DNA of 64,000 bases from assembly GCF_009914755.1 (NCBI RefSeq), contig NC_060926.1; one strand, 5' to 3'. This DNA comes from the human T2T-CHM13v2.0 reference genome, Homo sapiens. The notes under the pieces were generated by a model that was not told where the DNA came from, made no database searches, and was given only the letters and a program-made list of their open reading frames with translations. A program made the translations under genes and the position numbers. This document shows, piece by piece, positions 1 through 14,824 of the stretch (positions are counted from its first letter, which is position 1; each line of letters begins with the position of its first letter).

Positions 1-305
1 TAGCAGTATGTACTGAGCCCAATTTGTAGTCTTTGATCCCTCACTCCCCTCCCACCTTTCCCCCAAATCCCCAAAGTCCATTGTATCATTCTTATGCCTT
101 TGCATCCTCACAGCTTAGCTCCCACTTAGGAGTGAGAACACACGACGCTTGATTTTCCATTCCTGAGTCACTTCACTTAGAATAATAGTCTCCAGACCCA
201 TCCAGGTTGCTGCAAATGCCATTAATTCATTCGTTTTCATGACTGAATAGTATTCCATGGTATATATATACACCACATTTTCTTTATCCACTTGTTGATT
301 GATGG
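1..305 (-). mobile_element. L1 3' UTR fragment (L1PB-like)
   Basis: Antisense L1 3' end motifs (ttagctcccact...gtgagaaca, tagtattccatggt, ttctttatccac). Confidence 0.8.
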
Positions 306-321
306 ATCAGTCCACTTATTT

Positions 322-1360
322 AAAAAATTCTATTTTGAAATAAATACAGATTCACTGGAAGTTGCAAGAAAAATAGTACAGAGATCGTTCTTGTGCCCCT
401 CACCCAGTTACTCCCAAGGTTAAATCTTATGTAACTACAGTACAATACCAAAACCAGAAAACTGACAATGGCACAATATACAGTTCCTTGTAATTTTATC
501 ACATGTATAGATTGTCAGGCCTCTGAGCCCAAGCCTGCATGTATACATCTAGATGGCCTGAGGCAATAAAAAACTGCAAAAGAAGTGAAACAGCCAGCTC
601 CTGTCTTAACTGATTGACCAACCTTACAACATTCCATGATGACTTGTTCCTGCCCTGCCCCAACTGACCGATCGACCTCGTGACATTCTTCTTCTGGACA
701 ACGAGTTCCATCATCTCCCCACCATGCACCTTGTGACCCCTCCTCTGCTGAGAATAGATAACCACCTTTAACTGTAACTTTCCACTGCTTACCAGCCTTG
801 TTGCTCACACAAAGCCTGTTGGTGGTCTCTTCACACGGACGCGCTTGACATAGATTCATGTAACCACCACCACGATTAAAATGTAGAACTGTCCCATCAC
901 CATAAAGATCTCCCTCATGACACCCTTTTAGGAGCATTCACGCCGACCTCTGCCCTCTACCATTCCTAATCTCTGGTGACCACTCATCTGTTTTCCGTCT
1001 CTAAAATGCTGTCATTTTGAGAATGTTATAGAAACAGAATCACATAGTTATGTGTTCTTTTTTAAACTAAATTATTGAGATACAATTTATTCATAGTAAG
1101 TGTCCTTTTGAGATGGGCCTTTTTTCAGTCGACACAATGTCATGAGAGCCATCCATGATTTTTAATATATCCATAGCTTGTTTCTTTTTATTGCCGGGTA
1201 GGATTCCATGGTACAGACCTTTAAAGGTTCCTCTGTTTTTTAACCATTCACCCAATGAGGGACATTCTGGCTGCTTCCAGTTTTGGACTGTTAAGAATAA
1301 GGCTGATATGAATATTTCTGTATAGGTTTTTATGTGGATGTAAACGTCCATTTCTCTGGG
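322..1360 (-). mobile_element. Old L1 (L1MC/MD/ME-type) 3' region, interrupted by an LTR
   Basis: L1M 3' motifs on both sides of the LTR; the ORF 1091-1351 peptide (FISALFLTVQNWKQPECPS) resembles the L1 ORF2p C-terminus. Confidence 0.75.
513..850 (+). mobile_element. HERV-H family solo LTR (LTR7C-like), internally deleted
   Basis: Starts TGTCAGGCCTCTGAGCCCAAGC, ends GGTGGTCTCTTCACACGGACGCGCTTGACA; TG...CA termini; 5-bp TSD TAGAT at 508-512 and 851-855. Confidence 0.9.
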
Positions 1361-1374
1361 ACACTGCTTCCGGG

Positions 1375-2880
<1,506 letters not shown>

Positions 2881-3549
2881 CACCCACTTGGTATTTAGCA
2901 AGTAGAAAGGAACCCTCTCTCAATACTTCCAACCTCCAGCTCTAGTTAATTATCTCAAAAGCTGACGAATGAAACAATTACAAAAGTCTCTGCTATAGTT
3001 CCTGCCCATTTTATCACCTAGTCAAATTAGGCATTAATTCATTCATTTAAAAACTGCTATTATGAGAATTAAGCTCAGATTTTACAAGGGTGTATACCAA
3101 ACCTGAAAAGGACATGTTACCAAGAATGTACACAGCCTCGTGAGAAAAATGACTCAAATGAAATGAGGCTGTAAAAATGTTAAGGATAGAAAGTTGAGTG
3201 CTTTAAATGTTATGTTCATAGTGAAACATTCTCTCAGTATATCTGTGAGGTAATGGGCTTTCCAGGATTCCAGTTAGCTGGGGACAGAGAAATGGATTGG
3301 AATATCTAAGTGTTGACTTTGCTTTTTCCCTGGGAGAGGATAGGGTTTTGCTGATGCTGGGTTTTGCTCAAGATTGAGTTAGAGCCTCTTGGGGCACCTG
3401 GAATCTGAGCTGGTGCACGGCACACCTGTTCCAGCTCTGTGGGAGCACCTCTGCCTCAGTCATTCCGTGACCTTGCCTAAATAAGCCGAGGACCTCATCT
3501 AAACTCACAGGGTGTAAGTTTGTGGTCTTTCCCTGCCAGTGTGTGGGCT

Positions 3550-4590
3550 ACAAAGCAGCATGATCACAGTTATGTAAAAATATACACACAGAGGAAAAAA
3601 ATGCTGGAAGGATATTCAAATGTTAACTGTGGATATTTTTGGATGGTGGAATTATGGGGATTAAATGGTTTTTGAACTTTTCTGTATTTTCAAAATTCTC
3701 ATTTTCTTTTCACCAATAAAACACATGACACCATTTTCAAGTCTACGTGATTGTGGGAAATGACTATTCATGTATTACTGAATTTAGCTTGCTCGCATTT
3801 TATTTAGGAGTTTAGGGGGTTGATATTCACAGGGGAACTTAATATTTACATTTACATATTTTACATTTTGGGGGAGATTTTTGGCAGGTTTTGTATCATG
3901 ATGGTTTTAGCTTAAAAGTATAAATTGGATAGTGTTTTACCTTTTCATAGTGTTCTGGGAAACGTTAAGTAATATAAAAGTTATCTGTTCCTTGAAAGTT
4001 TAAAATAATTTGTCACCAATAAAACCATCTAATCTCAGAACCTTTTAGAATGGCAATTCTTTGATATCTTTCACAATTTATTATTTGGTTATTGGCCATT
4101 AATTCTTTTGTCAATTTTTGAATTTTTTTCCCAAAAGATCCTATTTAATTTATATTTTCAATTTTATTACCACAAAAGTTATATAATGTTCTCTTATAAT
4201 AAAAGCATGGTATCTATTATATTACTTCTTTTTAAATTTTTCCTCTTTCTTCATTATATTTGCCAAAAGTTTTCTATTTTCAAAGAAACAGCTTTTGATT
4301 GATATACCATAATAACTCTAGTATTTTCTGGCTTTGCTGCTACATTTTCATGTTCATTTATAATACTTTTACAAACTTCTTGTGTTGAATGCTTGTTTCA
4401 GCTATGTTTACTCTTCCTTAATAATAGCAGCCTTTGCGACTATCATTCTGCCTCTGAGTATACCCGTGGTTGCAGGCGATCATCCTTGTTATGTTCTGTT
4501 TTTATTTTCCTTACTTTCTAAATAGATCATTGAAGTAGTTTTTAAGTCTTGTTTGATCAAATAGTCATTTAGAAGAATGCTTTTCAATAC
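3550..4590. mobile_element. Very old L1ME-type fragments (short + strand 3' end, then AT-rich antisense body)
   Basis: ctggaaggata...aaatgttaac...ggtggaattatggg resembles the L1ME4 3' end; the following T-rich sequence resembles degraded antisense ORF2. Confidence 0.45.
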
Positions 4591-4591
4591 C

Positions 4592-4710
4592 TGATGACAT
4601 TTCAGTGGGATAAACATTACACTTAGGTCCAAAAATAAACAGGATGGGAATGTATAATAGCTTAGCACATGTGGAAACCTCAGTGGTCAGCAGCTTCAGC
4701 CCGGGGCAGG
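4592..4710 (+). mobile_element. L3/CR1 fragment
   Basis: gggataaa...tacacttaggtccaaaaa...caggatggg...catgtggaaa resembles the L3 consensus. Confidence 0.45.
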
Positions 4711-7019
4711 AACCTTAGAGCTGTTTTGAGCCGATTTGGAAAAGGTGAGAGGAGGGACAGGCAGCACAGCTCATTAACTCTGAACCAGGAGTGGGATGGG
4801 AGTAGAGAATGGCCTGGGGAAGGGATTAGGCCATAAAGAAGACTTATGCACCACTGTGATATCCCAAAGGGCCCTGAAACCTTCTATTGGCCGTAGGGAA
4901 CAATAAAAGTCAACAGAACCTGCCACATTTAGCAGAGGAGAAACTCAGTAATACAGGAGGTCCATAAACTTGGACATAAATTAAGTCTCACATTTCACTG
5001 CTGATGCTATTGTAGCATCTGGAACTCTTTCAGTTACAAACCAAAGAATTCAAAGATCCTCCTGACCAGCCCATTAGGCATTTACACAGACATATCAGGG
5101 AGTGAGGTGCTGAGGCCCAACTTCCAATTTAAGAACAGTGTTGAGACACAAGGCTTGATCCCCAATTTGAGATACCAGAGAGCACAGATGTCACCTTGTG
5201 GGGTCCTAGTTACTTCCATAAAATGTCATAGATGACAATAAGCCATTAGTTCTTAACCAGGTGCTGGATCCCGTGCTCTCTTGCTTAGAGGGGCGCTTTG
5301 GCTTGGGGAATCTGTTCTAACACTCGAAACATTTCTTAGTTTGGAATTCCTGAGTTTATAGCATCACTACCTGACTACTGACATTTGCTAAGAAATACAA
5401 TTTCTTTTGTTCAGGGTTCAGCCCTGCTTTTGGATTTATCAGCTTTTCTTTTTCAGATGGGTGAAGAACCTTCTCTTGTAGATGAACCAAGACAAAAAAG
5501 CTATTGCTTGGAGCTCTGGGTCATATTGGGAACCAAGTTTTACTTTCAGTTGAATAAAGACCCACGTGTGGCCCCACCAAAGATAAAGGCATTTCACAAA
5601 TAAAGAAAAAATACAATAATGTACAGACATTCATTGGTTCCCAAATATTCCTGGGCTTACTGATAGTTTTTCAGAGTATAATGTAATAATATATTTATTT
5701 AATACTAAAAGTCCATCAGAGAACAGTTTCTATACAGCTGTCTTCTCTGGACCCAGGGCTTTGAATGGGGCAGAGCCCTCTAGCCTGTCCTTCAGATGGA
5801 AGTGTTCTTGGAGATCTGTACATGTCACTGGGCAGCATGGAAATGGCTGCCGATCTTTTTATGTACGAACATGAATTAGGCTGGGAGTCCAGATGGTAGA
5901 GGGCCCTGGAGGACGCCAGGCTTGTCCGCTGTAAAAGGCTTCTCTGAAAGCCCTGTGTTGGCTTGGCCAGGTCCCCTCTGCACCACACAGCTTGGCAAGA
6001 CCAGTTTGCAGCTGCACTTCCCGCCTGTCCTGGGCACTGTTTGAGAGACTGTGACAAGCGGCAGCTGCCTTCTGGTGATACAACTCGCCTCCCCACTTTC
6101 AGGCGGGTGGTACCACTAGAGACACTGAGTTGAAAAGCCCTTCTTGGCCCAGAGAGAACCTCAAGCAGGGAATTCAACATCCTTCTTCGACAACTGGGAT
6201 GGGAGCTGCCATGTGGCCTGGGCCCAGCCATGAGAAAGCTGAGAACATCCACTTGGACAACTCCTCCCCTGGCAGAGGGAGCTGAAAGCGTGGATGGAGT
6301 GACTGCCATCTGGTGGGCGTGTGGGAGCCAGGGTGCATGGGATGGGAGGCGCTGCCTCTTTGGAGGCTGAGATGGCTGGCTGGCGGGTGGGATGGCCGTG
6401 CCAGGGGTTGGGGGCCATTGCCCTCCAGCTGCCAAGAGTGAGCAGGCTGCCCCAGATGAGCGAATAACCTCAGCAGTGTTTCATCTAACCTGCTTGCAGG
6501 ACACAGCTTCCATATGCTTCCAACTTCCTCTGTGTGCTCTCCCTGCCACTGCAGCTGCTGGATATGGGCAGGGAAGCTCCTACTCGATGGCTTTTCAGGC
6601 ACCAGGTCTATGGGGAAATGCTGGGAGATTCTGGGCTACCAGAATTGCCTGATACTCTGAGCTTCTTTCTAGCCCTAATCTCAGAGGTTAGATTCCCAGG
6701 GACTGCTTATAGAGGTGAAATCATGTTGAGGGCACCTCTGTAAACCCATCTGCTTCCTACCTCAATCCTGGAAGAGAGAGGCTCTACTGTGAGGAACACC
6801 TCTTTTACCCCAAGCAATGGGAGCGTTTTAAGGCAATGTAACCCATTAGAGATCCTGCCACCCATGCACTTATTTGTAATAGTCCTTCCATTTATTCATA
6901 TATATTTTCAGTTCGAGGAGGCCTTTTGGATAGTGCGGCCTCAAACTTCCATCCTCATGGAAACTCCATAATCCATATGGCAGTAACACTCTACCAGAGC
7001 TCTTTGACTTTTTTTTTTT

Positions 7020-8360
<1,341 letters not shown>

Positions 8361-8439
8361 CCTTACTTGACTTCGCTTAATAGTAACAGATGTTTAAATA
8401 TATAGGATTCTTTAACTGTTTTCAAGGCATTTTCTTTTC

Positions 8440-8615
8440 AAGTCCCACCTCTGAGCCTCACAACAAACCAAAGGAGTAGAAAAGTCAGCTACAGTTATGT
8501 CTACAGAAGGCAGAGCAGAGGGGTCCAGTGACTCACTCTAGGTTGCATATCAGGTTAGTGGAGGAGAGAGGTTGAAGCCCAGATCTCGGGCTCCTAATAC
8601 TACCCTGTGTTCTCT
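8440..8615 (-). mobile_element. MIR
   Basis: cctcacaacaa...agagggtccagtgactcac...ggttagtgg...gaagcccagatct resembles the antisense MIR core. Confidence 0.55.
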
Positions 8616-8699
8616 CAGGAGTGAAACTTTCCCAACAAGTGGGGATAAATTACCAGGCTTCTGGTCCCATTTGGACACATCAGGTCATTTTGCCCCGTG

Positions 8700-8889
8700 A
8701 GGCAGGATGGTGCATAGTCAGACAGACCCAGGTGGACGTTTTACTGCCTCTGCTCGCTGGCTATATGACCTTTGGGAAGTTATTTACCCTCTCTGAGCCT
8801 TGGCTACCTCGTTGACATTTAAAGGGGTAACAAAAGTGACAACCTCATAGTGTTGCTAGGTGGTTTAGATGAGAAAATGCTCATAACAT

Positions 8890-8920
<31 letters not shown>

Positions 8921-9260
8921 GAGACAGAGTCTTGCTCTGTCACCCAGGCTGGAGTACAGTGGCGCTATCTTGGCTCACTGCAAACTCCGCCTCCTGGGTT
9001 CATATGATTCTCCTTCCTCAGCTTCCTGAGTAGCTGGGATTACAGACACTCGCCATCATACCCAGCTAATTTTTGTATTTTTAGTAAAGACGGAGTTTTG
9101 CCATGTTGGCCAGGCTGGTCTCAAACTCCTGACCTCAGGTGATCTGCCTGCCTTGGCCTCCCAAAGTGCTGGGATCACAGGTGTGAGCCACCGCACCCAG
9201 CCTCATAACATTCTTAACATAGTGCCTAGCACATAGCAAATGCTCAATTAATAGTTAATA
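8700..9260 (+). mobile_element. MIR split by an Alu
   Basis: tgacctttgggaagttatttaccctctctgagcct before the Alu and catagtgcctagcacatagcaaatgctcaat after it. Confidence 0.75.
8892..9202 (-). mobile_element. AluS
   Basis: Full antisense Alu with a 14-bp TSD ctcataacattctt. Confidence 0.96.
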
Positions 9261-9560
9261 TTATTCTTTAATTTTTATTAACTGTAATGCTTCTTCCAAC
9301 AAAGTAGCCTAACCAGTAAGAATTCTTCCAGTTTACCTGCATTATTAACTCACATTACCCATCTGGTCATTTTGCAGAATTATAAATGTTTTCTCAGGAA
9401 GGAATTGAAGAGATCAGCTAGTCCAACTCCCCAGAAAACGGAAGTGGTGTGTACAAGATTGCACAGCAAGTGAGTTTTCTAACACGACCTCTCAGAAGTC
9501 TCCTCTTTTGTTTCCATAAACCTGGCTGCTTCAGTGCAAAGCTACAGATAGCTCTGATCG

Positions 9561-9720
9561 ATTCATTCATTCATTCATTCATTCATTCATTCATTCATTC
9601 AGAGACAGGGGCTTGCTATGTTGGCCAGGGTTGTCTAGAACTCCTGGCCTCAAACAGTTCTCCCAGCTTGGCCTCCCAAAATGCTCGGATTACACGTGTG
9701 AGTTACCATGCCCGGCCCAG
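9561..9720 (-). mobile_element. Alu monomer (FLAM/AluJ left arm) with a (TTCA)n tail
   Basis: About 10 TTCA units followed by an antisense Alu left arm only. Confidence 0.85.
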
Positions 9721-10229
9721 ACAGCTCTGATTTTGAACAAGGTCAAAGGAAGCTCCCAAGAGAGACTGCAAGGACCCAGAGAGATGGCAGTGCCCAGATC
9801 TTAGTCTGGAATCACATTTGGCTCCTGAAAACCCTCTTTCTAACCCAGTCTCTGTCTGAACAAACCAATTCCATTTCTCTCCTGTGTTTAAAGCAAATAA
9901 AGTGAGCTCTGAATGTCAGCAGCATGTGGTGTTTAATTTGCATCTCACCAAGGAATACAAGACTTAAGGATGATGAGCGAAAAAGATTTTTATGGAAACC
10001 AAATTACAGCATCTGAGACACAGGCTTGTGGCCATATCAGCTCAAGCTGTGATCTTGTTAGCTGTCATAAACCAAGCTGGGTTTGTTCCCTGGGTGAGGA
10101 CACTCAGGGCAAATGTGTAAAATATTACTCAGGTGTTTCTGCAGGGAGTGCTGTTCATCCTTTTCAAAGGCTGCACCACAGAGCACAGCTGATAGACTGT
10201 GTCTGGTGACAGGGAACAGGGACCACAAT

Positions 10230-10722
10230 TAAAATGAGTGAAAACACAGTAAGAACATGCATGTCTCGCCATCAGAAGCCCCTAAGGAGGGGCGTGCCCG
10301 GGATTGGGTAATTCTGAGGCTCAGGGGCCTTACCAAGGACTTGGGCTCTGTCTGTCTTTCCTTACTGACACCCTTGGCTTGTCTTTAGGTGGATTCGCCT
10401 CACTCCTCTGATGGCTGCTGCGATTCTCACACACAGATGACAGTGTCCAGAGAAAGGGATATTACTGCCCTGTGTCCCTTGCTAAGTAGATCACCCCTCA
10501 CTGGCTTGAATGTCACCACACGCCCATGACTAAGCCAGTTCCACAGCAAGGGTAATAAGGCAACAAATGCTAGCTTAGGCCAATTAACAGTCACCCCTTA
10601 GGATGGAGGACGACCAACCTCCCCTGAAGACCCTGGCCACTCAGAGTAGAGTGACCCAAACGGGTTCTCTGTGAGGAAGTGATGGATGACTGCTGAGCAG
10701 GCAATCAATGGTGTCTCCCTCA
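10230..10722 (-). mobile_element. Old MaLR LTR (MLT1J/K-like)
   Basis: atggctgctgc...cacacagatgacagtgtccag...cacgcccatgactaagccag...ggcaatcaatggtgtct motifs. Confidence 0.55.
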
Positions 10723-11017
10723 TGCAGAAGGCCTGCTCCAGTAATGGGATCCTGGGTATTCCAGACAAACCAGATTAGCTAGACATCTGCCCCAGACCAA
10801 CAGGCTGGCTTGGTGGGTCATCCCAACTGAGACTCCGGGAGAGAGGCATTGGGCCTAGGAACCTGCACACCAGGGCTCTAGTCACAGCTGTGCTGATAAC
10901 CCCACTGTGGGTCTCAGTGACCCACATGAAGAGATGGGCTTGGACTAGATGATTTCTGTGGTCCGTCACTTCTAATACCCTTCGATAAATGTATACTTAA
11001 TTAAAAAGAAAAAAACA

Positions 11018-11315
11018 GGCCAGGTCTGGTGACTCACACCTGTATTCCCAGCACTTTGCGAGGCCAGGGTGGGAGGATCACTTGGGGCCAGGAGTTCGAG
11101 ACCAGAATGGGCAACATAGTGAGACCCCTGTTTCTGCAAAACCAAAAAAATTTGCCAGGGGTGGTGGTGCACACCTGTAGTCCTAATTACTCGGAGGCTG
11201 AGGTGGCAGGATCACTTGAGCCAAAGGAGTTAGAGGTTTCACTGAGCTATGATTGTACTACTGCATTCCAGCCTGAGTGACACAGTGAGGACCTGTCTCC
11301 AAAAACAAACAAAAA
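11018..11315 (+). mobile_element. AluJ
   Basis: J-type diagnostics (gggaggatcacttg, gggcaacatagtgagacc). Confidence 0.93.
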
Positions 11316-11329
11316 TCCCCAAAGACCCT

Positions 11330-11735
11330 CTGAAACTTTGGATATTTGTCCTGTCCAAATCACATAATCTGAGCTGCATTGTTGGAGGTGGGGCCTAGTG
11401 GGAGGTGTTTGGGTCACGGGGGAGGATTGCTCATGAATGGCTTGGTGCCCTCCCCCAGGTAATGAGTGAGTTCTCACTTTATTAGTTTATGCAAGAGCTG
11501 GCTGTTTATAGGAGCCTGGTACCTCCTCCTCTTCTCCCTCTTCTTGTCATGTGACACACCTGCTTCCCCTTCACCTTCCACCATGAGTGAAAGCTTTCTG
11601 AGGCCTCACCAGACACAGATGCTGGTGCCATGCTTCCAGTACTGCCTGCAGAACCATGAGCCAAATAAATCTCTTTTCTTTATAAATTACCTGGCCTCAG
11701 GTATTCCTTTACAGCAATGCAAATAGATTAACACA
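11330..11735 (+). mobile_element. MaLR LTR (MSTB-like)
   Basis: gggaggtgtttgggtcacgggg...gtgagttctcac...gcctgcagaaccatgagccaaataaa...ttaacaca. Confidence 0.88.
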
Positions 11736-13907
11736 CCGTTTTTTAAATTACTATCCCTAGAGATGCCTAACCCGAATTTCCAACTAGAAGCTGTGTTAAT
11801 TTCTATTTTAATTCTTTCTGTTCCTCCCATTTAGGCTGATGAGCAATGGCGAGGCCAAGAAAAGACCAGAGAACCCTGGAGCCAGAGTCACAGACAATTC
11901 ACTCCTGCTAATCTTCAGTTGACTATAACAAGCTGCCTGGGGTTTCCTCCCTAAATTCGCACACAGCATTGCTGTGTAACAGCTGAGCAAGTGACAGATT
12001 CCTGGCTTTGCTACCTCTAGGAGTCTAGATAATTCTCATCATAACTAAGTCTGCTATGCTGTGCTGTGGGTAGAGATTTCTTAACTTGCTGTATATAAAG
12101 TGGCTTCAAGGGATCTGCCTGCGACCTCGTCCACCCAGAGCATTTTGGATTTCAGGTTTAGGTGGGTGAGGATTTTTCTGCCATGAAGAATGGTCGGTGC
12201 TCCTTGCCTGTCACTGTTGCTCTGCAACCATATGTGCCTGGTACTGTTCTGAGTGTGGTGGGGACAGAAGGCACAAGGTTAATCATGTCCTTATAGTTGG
12301 AGGACCTAGAATAATGTTTAAGAGAAAACAGTGTATGTCAAGCGCTCAATGCGGCCATAAAATTCCTAGTCCTAATTCTTAGTTCTAAGACTTGAGAGGC
12401 CAGGGGGAAGAACGAGGAGTAGAGTTTCCAGGCAGGAATTCTTGGAGGAAGTGGGGCCTGAAACACTGAGCAGGATTTGCTAGGAAAAGAGAGAAGGGGG
12501 CAAGCTCCAGGCAAAGCGGGTGGAATAACAGGAGGCTGGGATTTGCAGGGCGAGTTGTGTGGGGGAAGCTGAAATAGACGCAGGCCACGGGGAGGAACCA
12601 TTTATCCTTCCTTCAATTTTATAGCATCCAGCACCAGGCAGCCCTTCTATTTAGATATGTGGGTGATAAGGAAGAGAGCTGAAAAAACAGACTGGGATTG
12701 CCTGGTTTCCTATAGGGTGTGAAGCTGAAATTCTATGAGCAAATCTATGTAATTTAAATAAGACTACACCAACTAGGACGTGCTGAGAACAATACAGGAC
12801 CAGGGGTCTCCAGCCCCACTTTGGTACAGTCACTGCTGGAGTGGAGGGAAAATGAGTCGAGGGTGGGTGCGTTCTCCTCCAACCATGGCAACTCATTCTG
12901 AATGCACTGCAGAGGCTGTGCCCCCAGAGGACCCTCAGGGAGGTGGTCCTGATCGAAAATGGCTCCCACGTGCAGACGCTGAGAATGAGCCCAACCCATG
13001 AGAGGCAAATTACCACGAACACATTTTATTCAAGGGAAGGAATGTCAAAGCCAGGCCTTTGTTTCTTTAAGGTTTGCTGAAAATAGAAAGGTTGTTTTAT
13101 GGGCAGGCTGAGCAAAGAGAGAGAAGGCAGAGAGGGAGTGGTAAGAAAAAGAAGGGGGAATGAAATAAACTAGAATGTGGTCAATATAATTTTATTTGCT
13201 TTATTATTCCTGAGTATGGTGCCAATAAGTCTGAGTTCTGCGACTCCCAGCTCCACCATCACAGAGAATGTGAGCAATCTCGCTTCCAGAAATGAGCTGC
13301 CCACTAAAAGGAAAAGAATCACCACATCACAGAACAGGCCAATAAAACTCTCAGCTCAGCCCAGCCTGATTGGATGGAGTCCTCCCAGCAGGTTCTGAAT
13401 GACCTGTGCATCAGTGCTGGAGGACAAGGCAGGCCTGCCGGGCTGCAGCCCATTCTTTCATTGAACTCAGACCATGGGGTCAGTGGATGCAGAGTCAGGC
13501 CCTGGCTGGGCATGGGCACAGGCAGGACGACTCAGACATGTACTGGAGACAGTCCTTGCCGACAGGGAGCTCCCGGTGGAAGCTCTGGTTCATGTCTTTG
13601 ATCAGAATGACTCTGCTTCAAACAAAGGTAGCCTTGCTTTTTTCCACTGCAGAAAAGATGAGTGAGAGAGTTCCCAGGAGACTTTTGGTGGTCGAAGGGA
13701 GAGAGGACAGGAGGAAGGTATTTAGTCAGACTTCAGAGCACACCTGGCAGCACGTGCCTCCGTTAACTCCAAGGAGCAAAATGCATTTGGGACCTCCAAT
13801 TTTTTTTGTTGACCTCTGGTTCTTTTTTTTTTTTTTTTTTTAACTTATAAGATAGGCCTTTCCTGATGCCAAATAAGGGCAATGATCAGCTTCCCCATTC
13901 CTGGAGC

Positions 13908-14736
13908 CAGGACCTGCCACATCATTTGCAGTGCAAAATGCAAATGAGAGCCCCTTGTTCAAAGAGCAAGATAAAAGTGCCATCCTAGGCGCTCAAAATA
14001 CAAAGGTTCCTCCTTTCTTCTATGGTCTGTCAATTGGTCAAGGCATTTTAATTTGCTACTTAATGTCATGCTTGCTGGGCACTGGAATACTCATGCGGTG
14101 AGTGTAGGATCCCACGGGTATCTGGAGGCTCGCCCTGCAATTTAGCATGTGCAAGGAGCTCCCCACCTCTGCCAGCCCAGGATGGGCGTGTGATGCCCTG
14201 GCTGGGGTGAGTGAGGTTGAGCCAGGTATCTCTGTGTCTCATGGGCCCAACCGACACGGGAGAGAAGACAATCCCCATGGGGACTGCAACCTTTGAACTG
14301 GGACACATGAGGCCTCTGGGTTAGGGTCGGGGAGAGGCTCGTCCCCCTGCCCAGCCACCCACTGCATGTGCCCTTGTGCTGTCAGCTTGGGGCAAAACGC
14401 GGGTGCCATGTCTGGGCCTGTGAGCCCTGTCCTGACCTGGCATGCACCCATGCCCTCCTGGGGTGCTGGGTAGCAGCAGTTACTGTGTAGGGTGGAACAG
14501 GCAAGGCCAGGTGGGGCCAGGGCAGCAGGCTGGAGCTGGCAGCTGAGAGGGACCCATGGGAGCCAAGGCTCTGAGCCCAGGCAGATGCTCCATCATCCCA
14601 TTGGACTTCACTTAAAAAACACGAATTCAAAGATAAAGTTATTAAGGATTTCAATATGCCAACCACAGAGCATTAAACTAAGTAAGAGGCCATCGGCGTA
14701 CAGGGCCCTGGGAGGCTGCACAGTTCACTGCTCCTG
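13908..14736 (-). mobile_element. MER45-family (hAT-Tip100) non-autonomous DNA transposon, long form
   Basis: CAGG...CCTG termini, MER45 end sequences (gcaaaatgcaaatgagagccccttgttcaaa; gagcattaaactaag), perfect 8-bp TSD CCTGGAGC at 13900-13907 and 14737-14744. Confidence 0.85.
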
Positions 14737-14824
14737 CCTGGAGCCACCGGGTTGCTTCTACCTTTGTCTTCCTCTAAAAGAAAATGCCCAAGCCACAGCT
14801 ACCTCCAAGGTTCTGGGGATTGTT

